DNA of 64,000 nt from an uncultured Thermoleophilia bacterium (GTDB taxonomy: Bacteria > Actinomycetota > Thermoleophilia > UBA2241): contig CAVPCT010000006.1 in NCBI GenBank assembly GCA_963702475.1, positions 224,001-288,000 on the forward strand, given 5' to 3'. The notes beneath the pieces were generated by a model. The model did no database searches, was not told where the DNA came from, and worked only from the letters and a program-made list of their open reading frames with translations. Position 1 is the first letter of the stretch, and each line of letters begins with the position of its first letter. The translations under genes and the position numbers were made by a program. This document shows, in pieces, positions 60,392 to 64,000 of this stretch.

Positions 60392-60429
60392 GCAGACGGC
60401 CGGGGCGGCGTGCCGCCCCGGCCGTCTGC
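60392..60429. terminator. long perfect hairpin between convergent bcp and HD-domain genes
   Basis: GCAGACGGCCGGGGCGGC-GT-GCCGCCCCGGCCGTCTGC. Confidence 0.7.
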
Positions 60430-60445
60430 GTCACCGACCCGTCGG

Positions 60446-61453
60446 TCAATCGCCGGCTACGGGCTGGTCGCGTGGGCCGAGGTACGCCGCCGTGTCTATC
60501 ATGAAGATGCGCGACGACCAGCTGTCGCCGGCCGGCGTGCCGCGCTCGGCGTCGTCGACGGCGCCGATGCGGGCCGTCATGTCGTCGCAGTAGTGCACGA
60601 TGATGGCCTCGCGCGTCTGCGGGATGACGGGGCTGCCCTTCTCGCGCATGCCGTGGTGCGACACGATGATGTGCCGCAGCTGTTTGGCTGTCTCGGGCGG
60701 GAAGCCGGGGACCTCGGCGATGAGGCCGCGCACGATGTCGTGACCGATGACGATCTCGCCGTGCAGGCGGCCCTCATCGGTGAGCAGCGGCGCCATGGCG
60801 TCGCTCGTGTACGCCTCGATCTTGCCGATGTCGTGCAGGAGCGCGCCGGTGAGGACGAGGTCGCGGTCGACGGTGTCGAAGTTGTCGGCCACGCCGGCCG
60901 CCGTCTCGGCCACGATCACCGAGTGCTCCAGCAGCCCGTGCCGGTACGCGTGGTGGTTACGCACCGCGGCGGGCGCGACGAGGAACGTGGCGCCCGGCTC
61001 TCGGGAGCCGTCCAGGGCACGCTCGAGCAGGGCTCGCAGCCAGGGATCTGCGACCGAATCGACGAGGGCCGCGAGACGCTCGCCGAGTTCCGCGATGCCG
61101 ACCGGCGACACGGGAACGAGGTCGGCGGCGTGGTACTCGTCGGTCGCGGCCGGGCGCAGACGACGCAACTGGACCTGGGCGCCGTACTGCGGGTGGACGC
61201 TGTAGGTGCCGCCGGCGACGACGACGTCGCCGGCACTGAGGCCACAGGCCTCGTCGGATGGGTCGAAGTGGATGGCGTTGACCTCGCCGCTGGCGTCGCG
61301 AAGCTTGAGGCGGAGGTAGGTCTTGCCGTTGCGGTCGGTGGCCGCGGTGATCTCCGAGCAGGTGAAGTAGGTGTCCACGGCCTGGCCGCTCTCGAGATCG
61401 GCGATGGGCACCCTGGGCATGGCGGCAGCGAGGCCGCGGAGGTCGTTCAGCAT
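60446..61453 (-). CDS. OB-fold + HD-domain 3'-5' exoribonuclease (YhaM family)
   Basis: GK.YL.L.L.DASG, PAA..NHHAY..GLLEHS, LLHDIGK, T.EG.L.G, H.I.SHHG..E.GSP..P.T.EA. Confidence 0.9.
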   Translation of the reverse strand: MLNDLRGLAAAMPRVPIADLESGQAVDTYFTCSEITAATDRNGKTYLRLKLRDASGEVNAIHFDPSDEACGLSAGDVVVAGGTYSVHPQYGAQVQLRRLRPAATDEYHAADLVPVSPVGIAELGERLAALVDSVADPWLRALLERALDGSREPGATFLVAPAAVRNHHAYRHGLLEHSVIVAETAAGVADNFDTVDRDLVLTGALLHDIGKIEAYTSDAMAPLLTDEGRLHGEIVIGHDIVRGLIAEVPGFPPETAKQLRHIIVSHHGMREKGSPVIPQTREAIIVHYCDDMTARIGAVDDAERGTPAGDSWSSRIFMIDTAAYLGPRDQPVAGD

Positions 61454-61557
61454 CAGCTCTCCTTGGTCATCGCTAGGCTACCAGACGGCCGGGACGAACG
61501 ACGTCGCCGGGCTGGTGGACGTTGGTGCGGGGGAGCGGCCCGCAAGGTGGCGAGGCG

Positions 61558-62013
61558 TCAGTGGGCCTCCGCGCCCGCCGCGCTCGAGGTCGCGCCGTCC
61601 GCGTCCGGCGAGTCCGGCGCCGTGGCCGCGTCAGCCTTCCCGGCCGCCGCCGCCCCGGCCGCTTCCGTCTCGGGCGTGGCGACCAGGACCGTCGTCGTCT
61701 CGGGGCGCGCCGGCGTGTCGCCCGGAGCCGAGGGCTCCGCGGCCTCGCCGCGCAACTCGGCGATCTCGCGCTCGTTCTGGGCCAGCGCCTCGCGCGCCGC
61801 GGCCACTGCCTCCACGGAAGCGTCCAAGTCCGTGTGTGGCCGCTCGCCCTGTTCCATCAAGTCGTACGCCGCTCGCCCCAGCTCGCGCTCGGCCCTGCGG
61901 ACGTCGTTCTGCAAGGCGACGGCGCGCGCCTGAGCCGCGGCCACCTTGCCGGCCCGCTCGGCGTCCGCGGCCAGTTCCCCGGCCTTCGCCTTGACTGTGT
62001 CGAAGAGCCCCAT
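61558..62013 (-). CDS. hypothetical coiled-coil protein
   Basis: SD GGGAGG; MGLFD.VK.KA..LA, ELGR.AY helical pattern with low-complexity tail. Confidence 0.7.
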   Translation of the reverse strand: MGLFDTVKAKAGELAADAERAGKVAAAQARAVALQNDVRRAERELGRAAYDLMEQGERPHTDLDASVEAVAAAREALAQNEREIAELRGEAAEPSAPGDTPARPETTTVLVATPETEAAGAAAAGKADAATAPDSPDADGATSSAAGAEAH

Positions 62014-62097
62014 GCGGCCTCCCTGTGAGCTTCGCGTGTCGCAGTTCGCGGCCGACTGACGGCGCCGCCTCGCACCACCCCTCTGAGTCCCCTGTGT

Positions 62098-62516
62098 TCA
62101 GTCTGGCGCGCTGGGGGATCTGCGTCCACCGCGAGCGTGAGTGCCGCGGCTGCGCTGGACGGCGAGCAGGACGAGCAGCGCCGCCGCGTTCAGCATGACC
62201 GCCACGAACCGCAGAGCGTAGCCGCCCGGGACAACAGGCCGCCCACCACCGCGCCGCAGGCCATCGGCAACCCCATGATGGTGTCGAAGATCGCGAGTCC
62301 CCACGCCGTCGGCATGTCTCCGAAGGAGTCGTTCACCATGCCTGCCGCGACCAGGCGCAGCGATTCGTAAGCGCCGCAGCACGCCATCGCGACGCCCCAG
62401 ACGACCGGGCTCCAGCCGGCCGGGAGGAGGGCTGTGCCGGCGAGCAGGAAGATGAGCACTCCGGCCATCCCGGCACGCGTACCGTACCTGTCTGTCGCGT
62501 GCCCCATGGCGAACAA
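62098..62516 (-). pseudogene. degraded MFS transporter fragment
   Basis: MFS motif-A-like G.ATDRYG.R and hydrophobic helices split across two frames; no N-terminal half. Confidence 0.5.
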
Positions 62517-62741
62517 CAGGTTGGCGATCGCGGTCAGGCGCAGGTCGCGGTGCAGGTGTCTGACCGGTCTCCCTTCGCGGGAGCAGATTCTATCGTCACG
62601 CCGGAGGCGGTTTCGCCGCGCTGTCCGGGTGGTCCATACTGGGTATCCCGCGGGCGGCCCCGCGCGGGACGAGGAGTGTTCCCCGTGAAGTCCGCGGGGT
62701 GCGAAGGACGATCGAGGCAGTGGCCGCCTCCGGGTGAGGAG

Positions 62742-63608
62742 ATGAGAGACGTGCAGATCGGCGGGATGGCGCTGAGGGACGGGGTGCTGCTGCAGAGCGA
62801 GCGGTACTGGGCGGCGGCGGTCAGGGAGCCCGACGGGTCGGTCAAGGTGAGCTCGGGGGCGAAGACCCCCCTTCCGGGGGCAGAGGCGATGAGGCAGGTG
62901 CCGCTTGTCCGCGGCGTAGCGCGTCTGGCGGAGTCGCTGGCCGTGTTGCCGGCCGTGCGGCGCGCCACGGGAGGGCCGGTACTGCCGCAGGAGGATCCGC
63001 GTATGCTGGCCGCCACGGCGGCGTCGGCCGTGGCCACTCTGGCGCTGCGCAGCTCAGGCCGCGGGTCTCCCCTCCTCAAGGAGCTGGCCGTGGCCGGCGT
63101 CTCGCTGGCGCCTCTCCTCCTTCTGTTGCGCGATTCACGACTGGCCCGCTACCACGGCGCCGAGCACAAGAGCATCGCCGCCTACGAGAGCGGGCAGGAC
63201 GTCGTGGAGGCGCAGAAGGAGCACGCGCGCTGCGGCTCCAACCTGGTCGCGCCGATGGTCCTCACGTCGCTCGGCACGAACCTTGCCCTCCGCGCGCTGG
63301 GCCGGGAGCGCGAGCCGCTCGCCACGCTGGTGGCGGGACTCGTGAGCCTGGGAGCCGCCATGGAGCTGTTCGCCTGGATGGCGCGCCACCAGGACCACCC
63401 GCTCGCGAAGACGCTGCGGATGCCGGGCATCGAGCTCCAGCGGGCGTTCACGACGAGCGAGCCCACATCGGATCAGTTGGACGTCGCCGACGCAGCTCTC
63501 AAGGAGCTCCTGCGTCTTGAGGAGGCGTCAGCGGCGAACTGCGCGGGCAGGCCTGAGTGTGGCAGCGGTGCACCCGACGGAGAACCGCTCATCGAGCCCG
63601 CTACGTAG
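62742..63608 (+). CDS. DUF1385 family membrane protein
   Basis: IGGMAL.DGV, P..RG, YHGAEHKSI.AYE, H.RCGSN, PG..LQ..TT.EP..QL. Confidence 0.88.
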   Translation: MRDVQIGGMALRDGVLLQSERYWAAAVREPDGSVKVSSGAKTPLPGAEAMRQVPLVRGVARLAESLAVLPAVRRATGGPVLPQEDPRMLAATAASAVATLALRSSGRGSPLLKELAVAGVSLAPLLLLLRDSRLARYHGAEHKSIAAYESGQDVVEAQKEHARCGSNLVAPMVLTSLGTNLALRALGREREPLATLVAGLVSLGAAMELFAWMARHQDHPLAKTLRMPGIELQRAFTTSEPTSDQLDVADAALKELLRLEEASAANCAGRPECGSGAPDGEPLIEPAT

Positions 63609-64000
63609 CTCGATCGTCGGCGGGCTGACGCAGGGCGAGGCGGGCGCGGCGTCGCTCGGCCGCCTCCGCGAGCCACTGCTTCTGCTGGTCGGTCTGGGGG
63701 TCGAGGCGCGGGACCGGGATGGGTCGCCCGCTGCCGCTGAGTGCGACGAACACCAGGTAGGCCGAATTGGTGTGCGCGACCATGCCGGTGGTGAGGTCCT
63801 CCGCCTCCACGCGCACGCCCACCTCGAGCGAGGTCGTCCCGGTGTAGTTGACGTTCGCCATGAGCCGCACCAGGTCGCCGGGCTGCACGGGGTGGTGGAA
63901 GTCGATGCGGTCGATGGCGGCGGTGACCACGGCGGTGCGGCAGAAGCGGTAGGCGCAGGCGCCGGCGGCCTCGTCGATCAGCTTCATGATGATGCCGCCG
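63601..64000 (-). CDS. acyl-CoA thioesterase, hotdog fold (5' end outside window)
   Basis: GG.IMKLIDEAA, VVTA.ID.I.F..PV..G, VNYTG.TS.EVGV.VE.E, AYLVFVAL. Confidence 0.92.
   Translation of the reverse strand, partial: GGIIMKLIDEAAGACAYRFCRTAVVTAAIDRIDFHHPVQPGDLVRLMANVNYTGTTSLEVGVRVEAEDLTTGMVAHTNSAYLVFVALSGSGRPIPVPRLDPQTDQQKQWLAEAAERRRARLALRQPADDRAT

Noticed and set aside
61453-61470. Upstream mini-ORF MTKES overlapping the YhaM-like start (TGATG)
   Set aside because: Equally explained as an ordinary 5' UTR containing the SD AAGGAG; no supporting evidence.

Overview
Very GC-rich bacterial chromosomal DNA; codon usage, leaderless promoters and gene content suggest an actinobacterium, possibly a deep-branching anaerobic or facultative lineage (inference). 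Bases 1-18.7 kb hold an anaerobic (cobalt-early) cobalamin biosynthesis operon: cbiB-cobD-cbiA-cbiX-cbiC-cbiD/E-cbiT-cbiL-cbiF-cbiG-cbiH-cbiJ/cobO-cbiP-cobA/hemD, an inverted sirC, then cbiMNQ-cbiO. It has several unusual gene fusions and many single-base frameshifts that look like long-read errors. Bases 18.7-34.5 kb are an accessory patchwork: TetR modules with visible operators, a beta-carbonic anhydrase, a serine hydrolase, twin META-domain proteins, a 2-oxoacid decarboxylase, a Staygreen/Mg-dechelatase homologue, an amidase, and GNAT/cupin/VOC genes. Next come a Fur + Dph6-like + BtuFCD-type uptake operon preceded by two Fur-like boxes, a two-component system, an HATPase-GNAT fusion, mmsA/iolA, an ECF sigma/anti-sigma pair, murB, Rrf2-metY-metX-metW and a cold-shock protein with a 13-copy acidic repeat tail. 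The most notable hidden feature is a peroxiredoxin (BCP/PrxQ) that the ORF track splits in two: its catalytic codon is an in-frame TGA followed by a SECIS-like hairpin, so it is a probable cysteine-free selenoprotein. No rRNA, tRNA, CRISPR array or transposase was seen.
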